From NCBI GenBank assembly GCA_964518305.1, contig CAZFDK010000006.1:22618-86617 (forward strand): DNA of 64,000 nucleotides, read 5' to 3'. This document shows positions 27,727-38,244 of the stretch, one piece after another. The notes beneath the pieces were generated by a model. The model worked only from the letters and a program-made list of their open reading frames with translations, made no database searches and had not been told where the DNA came from. The first letter of the stretch is position 1. Each line of letters begins with the position of its first letter. The stretch is from an uncultured Gemmatimonadota bacterium. Its GTDB lineage: Bacteria > Gemmatimonadota > Gemmatimonadetes > Palauibacterales > Palauibacteraceae. The position numbers and the translations under genes are program-made.

Positions 27727-29403
27727 ATGGCCACGACCACCGCCGAGCCCCGCACCGTGCGAGCCCCCACCGGCACCGAGCGATCCTGCCGGGGCTGGGG
27801 GCAGGAGGCCGCCCTCCGGATGCTGATGAACAACCTGGACCCGGACGTGGCGGAGAAGCCGGACGAGCTGGTCGTCTACGGCGGCGCCGGGAAGGCGGCC
27901 CGCGACTGGGAGTGCTTCGACAGGATCGTCGAGACGCTCCGCCGGCTGGAGAACGACCAGACGCTGCTCGTGCAGAGCGGGAAGCCGGTGGGGGTGTTTC
28001 AGACGCACGAGCGGGCGCCCCGCGTACTCATCGCCAACTCGCACCTGGTGCCCCGCTGGGCCGACATGGACACCTTCCGCGAGCTGGAGCGTAAGGGGCT
28101 CATCATGTACGGCCAGATGACGGCCGGCTCGTGGATCTACATCGGCACGCAGGGCATCCTCCAGGGCACCTTCGAGACCTTCGCCGAGGCCGCCCGGCAG
28201 CACTTCGGCGGCGACCTCTCCGGCCGGCTCGTGGTCACGTCGGGGTTGGGCGGCATGGGCGGCGCCCAGCCGCTGGCCGCCACCATGAACGGCGGGGCGT
28301 TCCTGGGCGTGGAGGTGGACGAGGAGCGGATCCGGCGCCGGGTGGAGACCGGCTACTGCGACCGACTCGTCCGCGACCTCGACGAGGCGCTGGATCTGGT
28401 CCTGGACGCCCGCGAGCGCGGCGAAGCCCTGTCCGTGGGCCTGGTGGGGAACGCAGCCGACGTGATCCCCGAGCTGGACCGACGCGACGTGGTGCCCGAC
28501 CTGCTCACCGACCAGACCGCGGCTCATGACCTGGACGTGGGCTACGTGCCGCTGGGGGTCGACCCGGGAGAGACGGACGAGGTCCGCCAGCGGGACCCGG
28601 AGGCTTACCGGGAGCGGGTCCTGGACTCCATGGTCGAGCACGTGGAGGCCATGCTCTCCCTGCAGGAGAAGGGCGCCGTGACCTTCGACTATGGGAACAG
28701 CATCCGGGGGCAGGTGGCCGACAACCGGGGGCTGGAGGAGGCCTTCGAGATTCCCGGCTTCGTCCCGGCTTTCATCCGGCCGCTCTTCTGCAAGGGGTCG
28801 GGTCCCTTCCGCTGGGCGGCGCTCTCCGGCGATCCGGAGGACATCTACGAGACCGATCGCGCGGTGCTCGAGACGTTCCCGGAGAAGGACAGCCTCCGCC
28901 GGTGGATCGAGAAGGCGCAGGACCGGGTCTCCTTCCAGGGGCTGCCGGCGCGGATCTGCTGGCTGGAGTACGGGGAGCGGGCCGAGATGGGGCTCCGCTT
29001 CAACCAGCTCGTGCGCGAGGGGAAGGTGAACGGCCCGCTGGTGATCGGCCGCGACCACCTGGACGCCGGATCCGTGGCATCGCCGAACCGGGAGACCGAG
29101 GGGATGAAGGACGGCTCGGACGCCGTCGCCGATTGGCCCCTCCTGAACGCCATGCTCAACACCTCCTGCGGCGCCGACTGGGTCTCGCTGCACCACGGCG
29201 GCGGCGTGGGCATCGGCTACTCCATCCACGGGGGCATGGTCTGCGTGGCCGACGGCAGCGAGGAGGCCGACGAGAAGCTGGAGCGCGTGCTCACCGCCGA
29301 CCCCGGATCCGGCGTCATGCGCCATGCCGACGCCGGCTACGAGGAGGCGATCCGCACGGCCCGCGAGCGGGGCGTGGACCTGCCCATGGTGGAGGGCGCG
29401 TGA
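27727..29403 (+). CDS. hutU: Urocanate hydratase
   Basis: 558 aa with [21 protein letters not shown] and the [13 protein letters not shown] motifs diagnostic of urocanase. Confidence 0.95.
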   Translation: MATTTAEPRTVRAPTGTERSCRGWGQEAALRMLMNNLDPDVAEKPDELVVYGGAGKAARDWECFDRIVETLRRLENDQTLLVQSGKPVGVFQTHERAPRVLIANSHLVPRWADMDTFRELERKGLIMYGQMTAGSWIYIGTQGILQGTFETFAEAARQHFGGDLSGRLVVTSGLGGMGGAQPLAATMNGGAFLGVEVDEERIRRRVETGYCDRLVRDLDEALDLVLDARERGEALSVGLVGNAADVIPELDRRDVVPDLLTDQTAAHDLDVGYVPLGVDPGETDEVRQRDPEAYRERVLDSMVEHVEAMLSLQEKGAVTFDYGNSIRGQVADNRGLEEAFEIPGFVPAFIRPLFCKGSGPFRWAALSGDPEDIYETDRAVLETFPEKDSLRRWIEKAQDRVSFQGLPARICWLEYGERAEMGLRFNQLVREGKVNGPLVIGRDHLDAGSVASPNRETEGMKDGSDAVADWPLLNAMLNTSCGADWVSLHHGGGVGIGYSIHGGMVCVADGSEEADEKLERVLTADPGSGVMRHADAGYEEAIRTARERGVDLPMVEGA

Positions 29404-30674
29404 CGCTCCTCCGGAACATCGGCCTCCTGGCCACCTGCCGCCCCGGCGGCGGGCCGGAGGCGCTGCACCCGGTGCGCGACGCCGTGGTGGCCTGGGAGGA
29501 CGGCGAGATCGCCTGGGTCGGCCCGGAGTCGGACCTCCCGGGGCGTCTCCGCGGGAACGAGGCCGAAGAGATCGACGCCGGCGGCCGCCTGGTGGTGCCC
29601 GGGCTGGTGGACTGCCATACCCACCTGGCGTTCGGCGGCTGGCGCGCCGACGAGTTCCAGGCCCGTGTCCGGGGGGCGAGCTACCGGGAGATCGCCGAGC
29701 ACGGCGGGGGCATCCTGTCCACCGTGCGCTCCACGCGGGAGGCGTCCGAGGACGAGCTGGTGGAGCGGTGCCGGGGGTTCCTGGCCCGCATGCGTCGGCT
29801 GGGCGTCACCACGGTGGAGGCGAAGAGCGGCTACGGGCTGGACCGGGAGACGGAGCTACGGCTGCTCCGCGTGTACCGGCGCCTCCGGGAGGGGGCGGAC
29901 GCCGTGCCCGAGACCGTGGTCCCCACCTTCCTGGGCGCGCACGCCGTCCCCCCGGAGTTCGAGGACGACCGTCGGGGTTACCTCGACCTGATCACGGAGG
30001 AGCTGATTCCGGAGGTGGCCGACGGCGGCCTGGCGTCGGCCTGCGACGTCTTCGTGGAGGAGGGCGCGTTTTCGGTGCCCGAGGCCCGCTCCGTCCTGGC
30101 GGCGGCGCGGGAGAACGGGCTCGAGATTCGCCTGCACGCCGATCAGCTCTCCGCCGGGGGCGGGGCCGAGCTGGCCGCCGAGATGGACGCCCGGTCCGCC
30201 GACCACCTGGAGCACGCCTCCGAGGAGGGCGTGGAGGCCATGGCCGACGCCGGCGTCGTGGGCGTGGACCTGCCGCTTGCCTCCCTCTACCTGGACGGGC
30301 CGCCCCTGGACGTTCGACGTTTGTTGGACCGGGGCGTCCGCGTGGCGGTGGCCACGGACTTCAACCCGGGGACGGCGCCCAGCTATCACCTGCCGCTGGC
30401 CATGACGCTGGCCTGCACCCGGAGCCGGCTACCGCCCGCGGCGGCCGTGAAGGGGGCTACCCTGCAGGCGGCCCGTGCGGCGGGCGTCGAGGAGCGTGTG
30501 GGGTCGGTGGAGCCCGGGAAGCGCGCCGACCTGGCCGTGATCGACGCGCCGGACCCCGTCTCCTGGCTCTATCACCACCGCCCGAACGGCTGCGTGCTCA
30601 CGGTGACCGGAGGACGGGTCACGTGGCGTGCCGACGAGAAGACGACGCCCGCGACGACGGGAGGGACGCGATGA
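29400..30674 (+). CDS. hutI: Imidazolonepropionase
   Basis: Motifs are [26 protein letters not shown] and ATDFNPG. The GTG at 29400 overlaps the hutU TGA (GTGA). Confidence 0.95.
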   Translation: MTLLRNIGLLATCRPGGGPEALHPVRDAVVAWEDGEIAWVGPESDLPGRLRGNEAEEIDAGGRLVVPGLVDCHTHLAFGGWRADEFQARVRGASYREIAEHGGGILSTVRSTREASEDELVERCRGFLARMRRLGVTTVEAKSGYGLDRETELRLLRVYRRLREGADAVPETVVPTFLGAHAVPPEFEDDRRGYLDLITEELIPEVADGGLASACDVFVEEGAFSVPEARSVLAAARENGLEIRLHADQLSAGGGAELAAEMDARSADHLEHASEEGVEAMADAGVVGVDLPLASLYLDGPPLDVRRLLDRGVRVAVATDFNPGTAPSYHLPLAMTLACTRSRLPPAAAVKGATLQAARAAGVEERVGSVEPGKRADLAVIDAPDPVSWLYHHRPNGCVLTVTGGRVTWRADEKTTPATTGGTR

Positions 30675-31651
30675 CGGCAGAGCTTCCGGTGGAGCTGACG
30701 CCCCCGACTCCGGAGCCGCCGGAGACCGATGCCGACGACCCGCGCCTGGGCAACTGGGTGGGGCGGGAGGTGCGGCGTCCGGCAGAGACGCGGGTGGCCC
30801 TGGTGGGGTTTCCCTCGGACGAGGGGGTGCGTCGGAACGGCGGCCGCCCCGGCGCCGCCGCGGGACCCGGTGCGCTCCGGCGGGAGCTGTACGGCCTGAC
30901 TCCGGAGCCGCGGGATCCGGCCCGGCAGCCGATGGTCGACCTGCTGAAGCGGACGCGGGACCTGGGGGACGTCCCTGTCGACGGCGACGTGGAGGCGGAC
31001 CAGGAGCGCCTGGCGGACGTGCTGGCCCGCCTGCTGGAGCGCGGAGTCACGCCGGTGGTGCTCGGCGGAGGGCACGAGACGGCCTTCGGGCACTTCCTGG
31101 CCTACGTGCGCGCCGGGCTGGATGTCGAGATCGTGAACTGGGACGCCCATCCGGACGTACGGCCGTGGGAGGAAGAGGGGGCCCATTCCGGCTCCCCCTT
31201 CCGGCAGGCCGTCGAGCATCCGTCGGGAGCGTGTGGCGGGTACTCCGTGGCGGGGCTCCAGCCGCGGTCGGTGGCCCGGGCGCACCTGGAGTTCCTGCGC
31301 CGTGAGGGAGCCGGGGTGCTGTGGCGCGAGGAGACGGACGCCTCCGCCGCCCGTGAGCTCCTGGGGCGGCTCGGGTCACCGGTCATGGCGAGCTTCGACC
31401 TGGACGCCGTGGACCGGTCCGACGCGCCCGGCGTCAGCGCCCCAGCCACCGGGGGGCTCGCGGCCCGAACCTGGCTCGACATCGCCGGGCGGTGCGGGCG
31501 GACGGACGCCGTCTCCTCCATGGACGTGGTCGAGCTGAACCCCGAATACGACCCGGACGGGCAGACCGCCGCTCTGGCCGCCGCCACGGTCTGGCGCTTC
31601 CTCCGCGGGACGGCCCTCCGGCAGACCGAGAGGACCGGGCCGGCGGTCTGA
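30671..31651 (+). CDS. hutG: Formimidoylglutamase (arginase/ureohydrolase family)
   Basis: Motifs are LGGGHETAFG, NWDAHPD, SFDLDAVD and the SMDVVELNP pattern. The ATG overlaps the hutI stop (ATGA). Confidence 0.85.
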   Translation: MTAELPVELTPPTPEPPETDADDPRLGNWVGREVRRPAETRVALVGFPSDEGVRRNGGRPGAAAGPGALRRELYGLTPEPRDPARQPMVDLLKRTRDLGDVPVDGDVEADQERLADVLARLLERGVTPVVLGGGHETAFGHFLAYVRAGLDVEIVNWDAHPDVRPWEEEGAHSGSPFRQAVEHPSGACGGYSVAGLQPRSVARAHLEFLRREGAGVLWREETDASAARELLGRLGSPVMASFDLDAVDRSDAPGVSAPATGGLAARTWLDIAGRCGRTDAVSSMDVVELNPEYDPDGQTAALAAATVWRFLRGTALRQTERTGPAV

Positions 31652-31776
31652 GCCGTTCACTCCCGGGTTGAGCGGATGGGCCCCGATCGGCGCCGGTGTG
31701 CGGGATTTCGTGCCACACTCGGCGGCCAGTCGGGTAGCCGGACAACGACAGGCGAATCCAAGATTGCAGGGTAAGG

Positions 31777-32586
31777 ATGGACCTCTTCCACGGAGACAAC
31801 ACGCCGCCTTTCGACGGGGACGAGCCCAGGCCCGGCCGCGAGGATGACGACAGCGTGCTCGTTCGGACGGCCTCGAAGGTGAACGTGCGCCTGAAGCCCA
31901 TACGGCATCACCTGACGCCGGAGGGCTCCTCCTGTCTCGGGTCGTTCGTGAACGGCAACCTCATCGCGCGGTGCGTCCTCCCGGAGCAGACGGCCGCCCA
32001 GTTCCTGCGCCTCGGCATCCTGGAGGAACCGGTCCACCTGGCGCTGCTGGTGCGGGAGGCCGATCCGGGGCTGCAGGGCAAGCTGCTGGCCCTGACCCCC
32101 CTTCCGGACGACGTGGGTCCGGAGACCGGAGGGGGCGACGAGCCCGATTGGAAGGAAAGCGTGCCCAGCTCCAACTACGAGCAGGAAGTGGGTGGGGGAG
32201 CGGGCGCCGGCGCCGCCGGGTCCCCGGAGCCCGCTGGCGACGACGAGCGACTGGCCGCCGTCTTCCTGGGCAAGATCATCCGCTTCGAGGAAGACCGGAA
32301 GCACCCGGAGAATCTCGCCATGGAGGCCGCCGACGTCCTCCGATCGGCAGTCAAGGGAGGCGCGGGGGACGTGGTCGACCGTCTGCTGCAGGACGTCTCC
32401 GAGGATGTACAGGTCGAAGGGGAAGGCCTCGACGAGGGCGGGTCGGACGCGGACGCCGGATCCGGCTCGCTCCCGGACGACGAGGAGCTCTTCCCCGACG
32501 ATCTGGAGATGCCGGAGGAGCTGGAGGATTCCGACGACCCCGAGGCCTCCGACGACGCGGACGACGGGGAGCCGAACCCGAGCTGA
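31777..32586 (+). CDS. Hypothetical protein with an extremely acidic C-terminal tail (269 aa)
   Basis: A clean ORF with high GC3, with AAGGA directly upstream of the ATG (a marginal SD). The last ~70 aa are Asp/Glu-rich (DDEELFPDDLEMPEELEDSDDPEASDDADDGE). I recognise no family. Confidence 0.6.
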   Translation: MDLFHGDNTPPFDGDEPRPGREDDDSVLVRTASKVNVRLKPIRHHLTPEGSSCLGSFVNGNLIARCVLPEQTAAQFLRLGILEEPVHLALLVREADPGLQGKLLALTPLPDDVGPETGGGDEPDWKESVPSSNYEQEVGGGAGAGAAGSPEPAGDDERLAAVFLGKIIRFEEDRKHPENLAMEAADVLRSAVKGGAGDVVDRLLQDVSEDVQVEGEGLDEGGSDADAGSGSLPDDEELFPDDLEMPEELEDSDDPEASDDADDGEPNPS

Positions 32587-32863
32587 CCCGGGGACGCGGT
32601 CGTCGGGACCATGCTGCTGCTGCAGTGACGAGAGGCGAGCTGCAACACATCTGAGCGGGCAACCTCGCCCGTGCCTCTTCCTCGAGCCACATGATCGAGT
32701 TCCCTGCGCCCTTGGTCGTCGATCTCGTATGTTACACGGAGGTTCGCCGCCGCGGGAATCGCCCGAATCGATCGGGCTCAGACACCCGAAGAGCAGCCAT
32801 GAGGCCGCGTTCGCGAGAGACTGCGGGCCGGCGACGCCCCCGGGCGAAGTCATCCTGACGGGC

Positions 32864-33406
32864 GTGGACCACGAGCGCCTGAGCCGGACGGTGGCCCACG
32901 CCCTGCGGCACGAACCCTGGCTGTACGAGCTGGAGCTGGACGAGGGGGGCTGGGCGCCCCTGGATCAGCTGCTGGAGGCCCTCCGCCGGGACCGCCCCGA
33001 GTGGAGCGACCTCGAGGTGGAGGATCTGCGGGAGATGATTCGGCGCTCCGACAGGAGACGATACGAGATCCGCAGCGGACGCATCCGGGCCCTGTACGGT
33101 CACTCCCTGCCGGAACGCCTCCAGAAGGAGGCGGCGGAGCCGCCGCCATCCCTGTTCCACGGAACCGATCCGGGTGCGCTGTCCGCCATCCGCAGCGAGG
33201 GGCTGCGTCCCATGGGCCGGCAGTACGTGCACCTGTCGGTGGACCGGTCCACGGCGGAGGAGGTGGGACGCCGGAAGGCGCGTGAGCCGGCGATCCTGCG
33301 CGTGGACGCCGGCGGCGCCCACTCCGACGGGGTCACCTTCTACGCCGGAAACGAGAAGGTGTGGCTGAGCGACCGGGTGCCGCCGCGCTACCTGACGCGG
33401 AGCTGA
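32864..33406 (+). CDS. kptA: RNA 2'-phosphotransferase (Tpt1/KptA family)
   Basis: Motifs are LSRTVAHALRHEPWLYELELDEGGW, RIRALYGHS, LFHGT and YVHLS. The start is uncertain: GTG at 32864 gives a KptA-like length, and ATG at 32729 is the alternative. Confidence 0.85.
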   Translation: MDHERLSRTVAHALRHEPWLYELELDEGGWAPLDQLLEALRRDRPEWSDLEVEDLREMIRRSDRRRYEIRSGRIRALYGHSLPERLQKEAAEPPPSLFHGTDPGALSAIRSEGLRPMGRQYVHLSVDRSTAEEVGRRKAREPAILRVDAGGAHSDGVTFYAGNEKVWLSDRVPPRYLTRS

Positions 33407-33457
33407 CAGGGAGCACGGCGTGCGGGAAGAGCGGAGAGCGGGAGCAGCGAGGGCGGG

Positions 33458-35059
33458 ATGACGCCGAGCGAGACGTCCGGGCACGCGGACAGCGTCGGGC
33501 CGCGGGTGCGTCGGGCCGCCCGGCTCGCAGGTCCGCTTCTCGTGCTCCTCACCCTCGTGCTCCCGGCTCCGGCCGACCTCTCCCTCGCCGGGTGGAGGAC
33601 CACCGGGGTGGGCCTCCTCATGGCGCTGTGGTGGGTCACCGAGGCCCTGCCGATACCGGCCACGGCCCTGCTGCCGCTGGTGCTCTTCCCGGTTCTCGAC
33701 ATCGCCGGCATCGACGCGGCGGCCCGGCCGTACGCCCACCCGCTGATCTTCCTCTTCATGGGCGGCTTCATGATCGCCCTGGCCATGGAGCGATGGGACC
33801 TCCCGCGGCGCATCTCGCTGCTGGTGATCCGAGCCCTCGGCACCCGTCCGCGACGGCTCATCGCCGGGTTCATGCTGAGCACGGCTTTCTTCAGCATGTG
33901 GGTCAGCAACACGGCGACGACGCTCATGATGCTTCCGATCGGCCTCTCCGTGATCCACCTGGTGGAGCGGGGAGCGGGTTCCGGGGATCCGGACGTGCCG
34001 GCCGGGGCGCAGCGGGAGTTCGCGGTGGCCCTGATGCTGGCCATCGCCTACGCGGCCAGCATCGGAGGGGTGGGTACGCTCATCGGCACTCCGCCCAACG
34101 CCTTCATGGCCGGCTACATCTCGGAGACCTACGGGGTGGAGGTGGGCTTCGCCCGGTGGATGACCGTGGGAATCCCGCTGGTGGCGGTGGCCCTGCCGCT
34201 GGCCTACCTGTTCCTGACCCGCTTCCTCTTCCGCCTCCGGCTGGAGCGCATCCCGGGCGGGCGGAAACTCATCGAGGGCGAGCTGGAGGAGATGGGGGAG
34301 ATATCGACCCCGGAGCGCCGGGTGGCGGTCGTCTTCGGCCTCACGGCGCTGGCGTGGGTCACGCGGCCCCTGCTGGACGACGTGCTCCCCGGGCTGTCGG
34401 ACGCGGGCATCGCCATGACGGGCGCCGCCGTCCTCTTCCTGGTCCCGTCCGGAGCCGAGGAGGAGAAGACACAGCAGGCTCGGGGTCGGGCAGCCGAGGC
34501 GGATGGAGCCGGGGAGAGGGAGGGGGAGGGCGGCTCGGAGCACGCCGGCTTCCTCCTCAACTGGACGTGGGCGAAGAAGCTCCCGTGGGGCGTGCTCATT
34601 CTCTTCGGGGGCGGGCTGAGCCTGGCCGGAGCGATCTCCGACACCGGCCTCACGGAATTCATCGGCGGGGCGGTGGGAGGGCTGGCGGCCTTCCCGACCC
34701 TGGCCATCGTCGCCGTGGCCACCGCCGTGACGGTCCTCCTCACCGAGCTCACCAGCAACACGGCCACCGCCGCCGCCTTCCTGCCCATCATGGCGTCCGT
34801 GGCCGTGGGTATCGGCGAGAGCCCCTACCTGCTGGTGATCCCGGCGGCGCTGGCGGCGAGCTGCGCCTTCATGCTCCCGGTGGCGACGCCGCCCAACGCT
34901 ATCGTCTACGGCAGCGGGCGCCTGAGCATTCCCCAGATGGCGAAGGCCGGCGTGTGGCTGAACCTGAGTCTCGTGGTGCTCATCACCGTCGTGGCCTACG
35001 CGCTGCTCCCCCTGGTCTTCGGCGTCACCTTCGGGAGCGTGCCCTCCTGGGCCGGGTGA
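33458..35059 (+). CDS. DASS/SLC13 family divalent-anion:Na+ symporter
   Basis: 533-aa polytopic protein with duplicated SNTATT / TSNTATAA hairpin motifs and GTPPNA / ATPPNA motifs. Confidence 0.9.
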   Translation: MTPSETSGHADSVGPRVRRAARLAGPLLVLLTLVLPAPADLSLAGWRTTGVGLLMALWWVTEALPIPATALLPLVLFPVLDIAGIDAAARPYAHPLIFLFMGGFMIALAMERWDLPRRISLLVIRALGTRPRRLIAGFMLSTAFFSMWVSNTATTLMMLPIGLSVIHLVERGAGSGDPDVPAGAQREFAVALMLAIAYAASIGGVGTLIGTPPNAFMAGYISETYGVEVGFARWMTVGIPLVAVALPLAYLFLTRFLFRLRLERIPGGRKLIEGELEEMGEISTPERRVAVVFGLTALAWVTRPLLDDVLPGLSDAGIAMTGAAVLFLVPSGAEEEKTQQARGRAAEADGAGEREGEGGSEHAGFLLNWTWAKKLPWGVLILFGGGLSLAGAISDTGLTEFIGGAVGGLAAFPTLAIVAVATAVTVLLTELTSNTATAAAFLPIMASVAVGIGESPYLLVIPAALAASCAFMLPVATPPNAIVYGSGRLSIPQMAKAGVWLNLSLVVLITVVAYALLPLVFGVTFGSVPSWAG

Positions 35060-35068
35060 GGTCCGGCC

Positions 35069-35944
35069 TCATGGCGTGAGGTGCATGTCCAGGAACTGCA
35101 GCGTCCGGGCCCAGGACTGCTCGGCCGCCTCGGGCGCGTAGCGCTCCCCCGAGGGGTTGGCGAAGGCGTGCCCCGCTCCCTCGTAGACGTGCATCTCGGC
35201 CGTCTTGCCCAGGGAGTCCAGCACGGTCTCGAAGCGGCGCACCTGGTCCACGGGAATGGAGCCGTCCTCGGCGCCGAAGTGGCCCTGGAGGGGCATCTGG
35301 AGCGTCTCGAGCCGGCCCGGGTCCGTGACGAGGCGGCCGTAGTAGATCACCGTCGCGTCGAGGTCCTGCGGCAGCGCCAGGGCGGTCCGGAGGGACCAGC
35401 CGCCGCCGAAGCACCACCCGATGCTCGCCACCCGCGGGGCGCCCCGTTCGGTGAGCCACCGGTGGGCCTGGCTCAGGTTGGACAGCGCCTCGTCCTGCTC
35501 GACCGTGGACGTGAGATCGCCGGCGCTGTCCGGCGACGACGCCACGGCGCCGTAGTAGAGGTCCACGGCCAGGGCCCGGTATCCCTCCCCGGCGAGGCGC
35601 CGAGTCATGGACCGGATGTTGTCGTTGAGGCCCCACCACTCGTGGATCACGATGAGGCCGGGAAGGGAGTCGGAGGCCGCCTCGGGCTCGGCGTAGTAGC
35701 CGCTGACCCGGCGGCCGTCGACCGTGGCGTAGGTGACGGTGTCGGCGGACACGGCCTGTGCCGGCGAGGTGTCGGCCGCGCCGGACGCCACGGGCCTGTC
35801 GCCCTCGTGCTCCTCGGCCATCCGCGCCTGGAAGGTGTCGGCGGAGGCCGCCGCGTCGTCGCCGCCACCTCCACAGGCCGCGAGCAGGAGCGGGCCCGCG
35901 GCGAGAACGGCGAGGAGTCGCACGCTACGGAGCATCTCGGTCAT
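35069..35944 (-). CDS. Dienelactone hydrolase family lipoprotein
   Basis: It has a lipobox LLLAAC, IVIHEWWGLN, the GWCFGGG nucleophile elbow and a C-terminal GAGHAF. This is only the C-terminal part of track ORF 35069..36838. Confidence 0.85.
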   Translation of the reverse strand: MTEMLRSVRLLAVLAAGPLLLAACGGGGDDAAASADTFQARMAEEHEGDRPVASGAADTSPAQAVSADTVTYATVDGRRVSGYYAEPEAASDSLPGLIVIHEWWGLNDNIRSMTRRLAGEGYRALAVDLYYGAVASSPDSAGDLTSTVEQDEALSNLSQAHRWLTERGAPRVASIGWCFGGGWSLRTALALPQDLDATVIYYGRLVTDPGRLETLQMPLQGHFGAEDGSIPVDQVRRFETVLDSLGKTAEMHVYEGAGHAFANPSGERYAPEAAEQSWARTLQFLDMHLTP

Positions 35945-36085
35945 GGAATCGGTCACGTAAGCCCTCCCGGCTCGGTGGACGTGGGGAAGCCGAACATAAC
36001 AGGTTGCCCCGGGCGAACGACCAGCGAACGCTCGAACGAACGATCGACGGACCGACACTGAGCGCGCCGAGGAGCGACACGAGCC

Positions 36086-36829
36086 GTGAAGGCCCTGATC
36101 CTGGCCGCGGGCTACGGCACGCGGCTCTATCCGCTGACCCGGGACCGGCCGAAGCCCCTCCTCCCCGTGGGAGGGCGGCCGCTGCTCGACCACCTGGCCT
36201 CGAACCTGGACCGGGTGGAGGGGCTGCGGGAGATCCTGCTGGTGGTGAACGGACGCTTCGAGGAGGAGCTGCGGAGCTGGGCGGATCGAGCGGGCGGGGC
36301 CATCGGGACGCCCGTTCGCGTGCTCTCCAACGGCACCCGGCAGCCCGGAGAACGGCTCGGAGCAGTGGGGGACGCTGCGTTCGCCATCGAACGCGCCGCC
36401 CCGGACGACGACCTCCTCCTGGCCGCCGGCGACAACCTGTTCGAGTTCGAGCTCCACGACATGATCCGGGCCGCCGCGGGCCGGCCGTCGGCCGACGCCG
36501 TGGTGGCGGTGGAGCGACGGGAGAGCACGGAGGGCCTGGAGCGGAGCGGCGTCGCCGAAGTGGACGACGACGGATGGATCCGGCGGTTCGTCGAGAAGCC
36601 GGAGCAGCCGCCCGGCCGGACTGCCGCGGCTCCGCTCCACCTGTACCGACGCAAGACACTCCCGCTCTTCGGTCGGTACGTGGAGGCCGGCGGCGAGACG
36701 GATGCCCCGGGGCACTTTCTGGAGTGGCTCGTGCCCCGAAGAGACGTCTGGGCATGGACGATGTCCGCGCCGCGCCACGATATCGGAACCCGGGAGGCGT
36801 ATAGGGAGACCCGCGAGCACTTCGGGTGA
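36086..36829 (+). CDS. Sugar-phosphate nucleotidyltransferase (NTP_transferase family)
   Basis: N-terminal signature KALILAAGYGTRLYPLTRDRPKPLLPVGG. The start is GTG. Confidence 0.8.
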   Translation: MKALILAAGYGTRLYPLTRDRPKPLLPVGGRPLLDHLASNLDRVEGLREILLVVNGRFEEELRSWADRAGGAIGTPVRVLSNGTRQPGERLGAVGDAAFAIERAAPDDDLLLAAGDNLFEFELHDMIRAAAGRPSADAVVAVERRESTEGLERSGVAEVDDDGWIRRFVEKPEQPPGRTAAAPLHLYRRKTLPLFGRYVEAGGETDAPGHFLEWLVPRRDVWAWTMSAPRHDIGTREAYRETREHFG

Positions 36830-36867
36830 GCTGTCCACCGACGACCTGAGCCTCGGAGAGGAGAACG

Positions 36868-37314
36868 GTGACTGCCGAAGACGACGACGCGACCGGAGCC
36901 CACGAGCCCGACGTGAACGTGCGGCTGGACTGGCACGGCGACCTGCGGTTCCGCGCCCATGCGGGAGAGTGGGCCACGGAGCTGGACGGGGACACGGAGC
37001 AGGCCACCTCGCCGCTCCAGCTGCTCCTGCAGTCCGTGGGCGGCTGCGCGGCCGTGGACATGATCCACATTCTCCGCAAGGGACGGCAGGAGCCGACGGG
37101 GCTGGAGGTCCGGGTGGCGGCGGACCGGGCCGAAGAGCACCCGCGCCGGCTCACCCGGCTCGAGGTGCGCTTCGATCTCACCGGGGACGTGGAGCGCGAG
37201 GCGGCGGAGCGGGCGGCCCGGCTCTCCTTCGAGACGTACTGCTCCTGCTACCAGAGCCTCCGGGAGGACATCGAGCTGGGCTACAGCGTCACCGTCCATC
37301 GGAACGGTGGGTGA
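36868..37314 (+). CDS. OsmC/Ohr-like family protein
   Basis: 148 aa with LLLQSVGGCAAVDMIHIL and ETYCSCYQSL Cys contexts typical of OsmC-like proteins. The start is GTG. Confidence 0.75.
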   Translation: MTAEDDDATGAHEPDVNVRLDWHGDLRFRAHAGEWATELDGDTEQATSPLQLLLQSVGGCAAVDMIHILRKGRQEPTGLEVRVAADRAEEHPRRLTRLEVRFDLTGDVEREAAERAARLSFETYCSCYQSLREDIELGYSVTVHRNGG

Positions 37315-37329
37315 GCATCCGGTCCCGGA

Positions 37330-38244
37330 TCAGGAAGCGGTGTCCGGCTCCACGCCGGGCGGCGTGTGCCCCGGGTTCCGGGTCCAGATCAGGATGGTGC
37401 CGCAGCCCCGCTCCGTGGGCTTGTTGAACTGTGGCGCCACCTCGGAGGCCCCGCGGTAGACCTCGATGCCGACGATGGACTGGGGCATGAGAAAGTCCAC
37501 GGGAACTCCCGACGTCAGCACCCCGTCGACATAGACGGTGGGAGAGCACCGTCCGCCGAACCGCCGGATCGTCACGCGCGCCGTGCCGTGGCGGTTGGGC
37601 GTGACGCTGACGCCGGCCAGGGACCGGAAGAGATCGCTGGTGTGGGCCGGATCTCGCTCGTTGATGTCGCCGCGGTCCAGGAAGAGCCCGAACCCCGCCT
37701 CCCGCCGCCTCTTGAATCCGGCCATGGGGTCGACCCGCGGCTCGGTGACCTCCACCTCCAGGTCCTCCACCGACAGGACGGTCCGCTCCAGCCAGAGCTC
37801 GGCGCTCGTGGAATGCCGGGCCCGGAGCTCCACGACCCGCGGATTGGTCTCGTAGCCCAGGTAGTGGACCCGGACCCGGTGCCGACCGGGCGCCAGGCTG
37901 TCGAGGCGGAAGCGGCCGTCCTCGTCGGTGACCGTTCGGCGCCCCTGTGAGGGCATGAGGACGCGGGCCCCGGACACGAGCTCCCCGGTCTCCCGAGACC
38001 GGACCGAGCCCACGAACCGGGCCAGCGTGTCCGGGCGGGAGGTCGTGTCCTGGTGGGTGGTGTCGGGTGCGACCGCCGGGGGGGGAGGGAGCGTGTCGCC
38101 CGGCGCCGGTGCGCCGACGGCGGCGGACGGAGGCCGGTCAGCGGGCGCGGTCGGTGCGGAGAGGATCAGGGCGCCGGCGAGCAGCAGGGCCGGCGCCGAC
38201 GGACCCCGCGGGTGTGGGACGGGCGGACCGGCGCGGTTCGCCAT
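37330..38244 (-). CDS. Secreted CarboxypepD_reg-like domain plus TonB-receptor plug-like domain protein, no beta-barrel (304 aa)
   Basis: Signal-like N-terminus. The sequence GSVRSRETGELVSGARVLM...TVTDEDGRFRLDSLAPGRHRVRVHYLGYE is a CarboxypepD_reg fold signature. A plug-like end follows (VDGV...IVGIEVYRGASE...GCGTILIWTR). The ATG shares 1 nt with the upstream paralog's stop. Confidence 0.7.
   Translation of the reverse strand: MANRAGPPVPHPRGPSAPALLLAGALILSAPTAPADRPPSAAVGAPAPGDTLPPPPAVAPDTTHQDTTSRPDTLARFVGSVRSRETGELVSGARVLMPSQGRRTVTDEDGRFRLDSLAPGRHRVRVHYLGYETNPRVVELRARHSTSAELWLERTVLSVEDLEVEVTEPRVDPMAGFKRRREAGFGLFLDRGDINERDPAHTSDLFRSLAGVSVTPNRHGTARVTIRRFGGRCSPTVYVDGVLTSGVPVDFLMPQSIVGIEVYRGASEVAPQFNKPTERGCGTILIWTRNPGHTPPGVEPDTAS

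Noticed and set aside
27727-31651. Missing hutH and hutC in the hut operon as an anomaly
   Set aside because: hutH and the regulator are often encoded elsewhere. A hutUIG-only block is a common arrangement and says nothing unusual without the rest of the genome.
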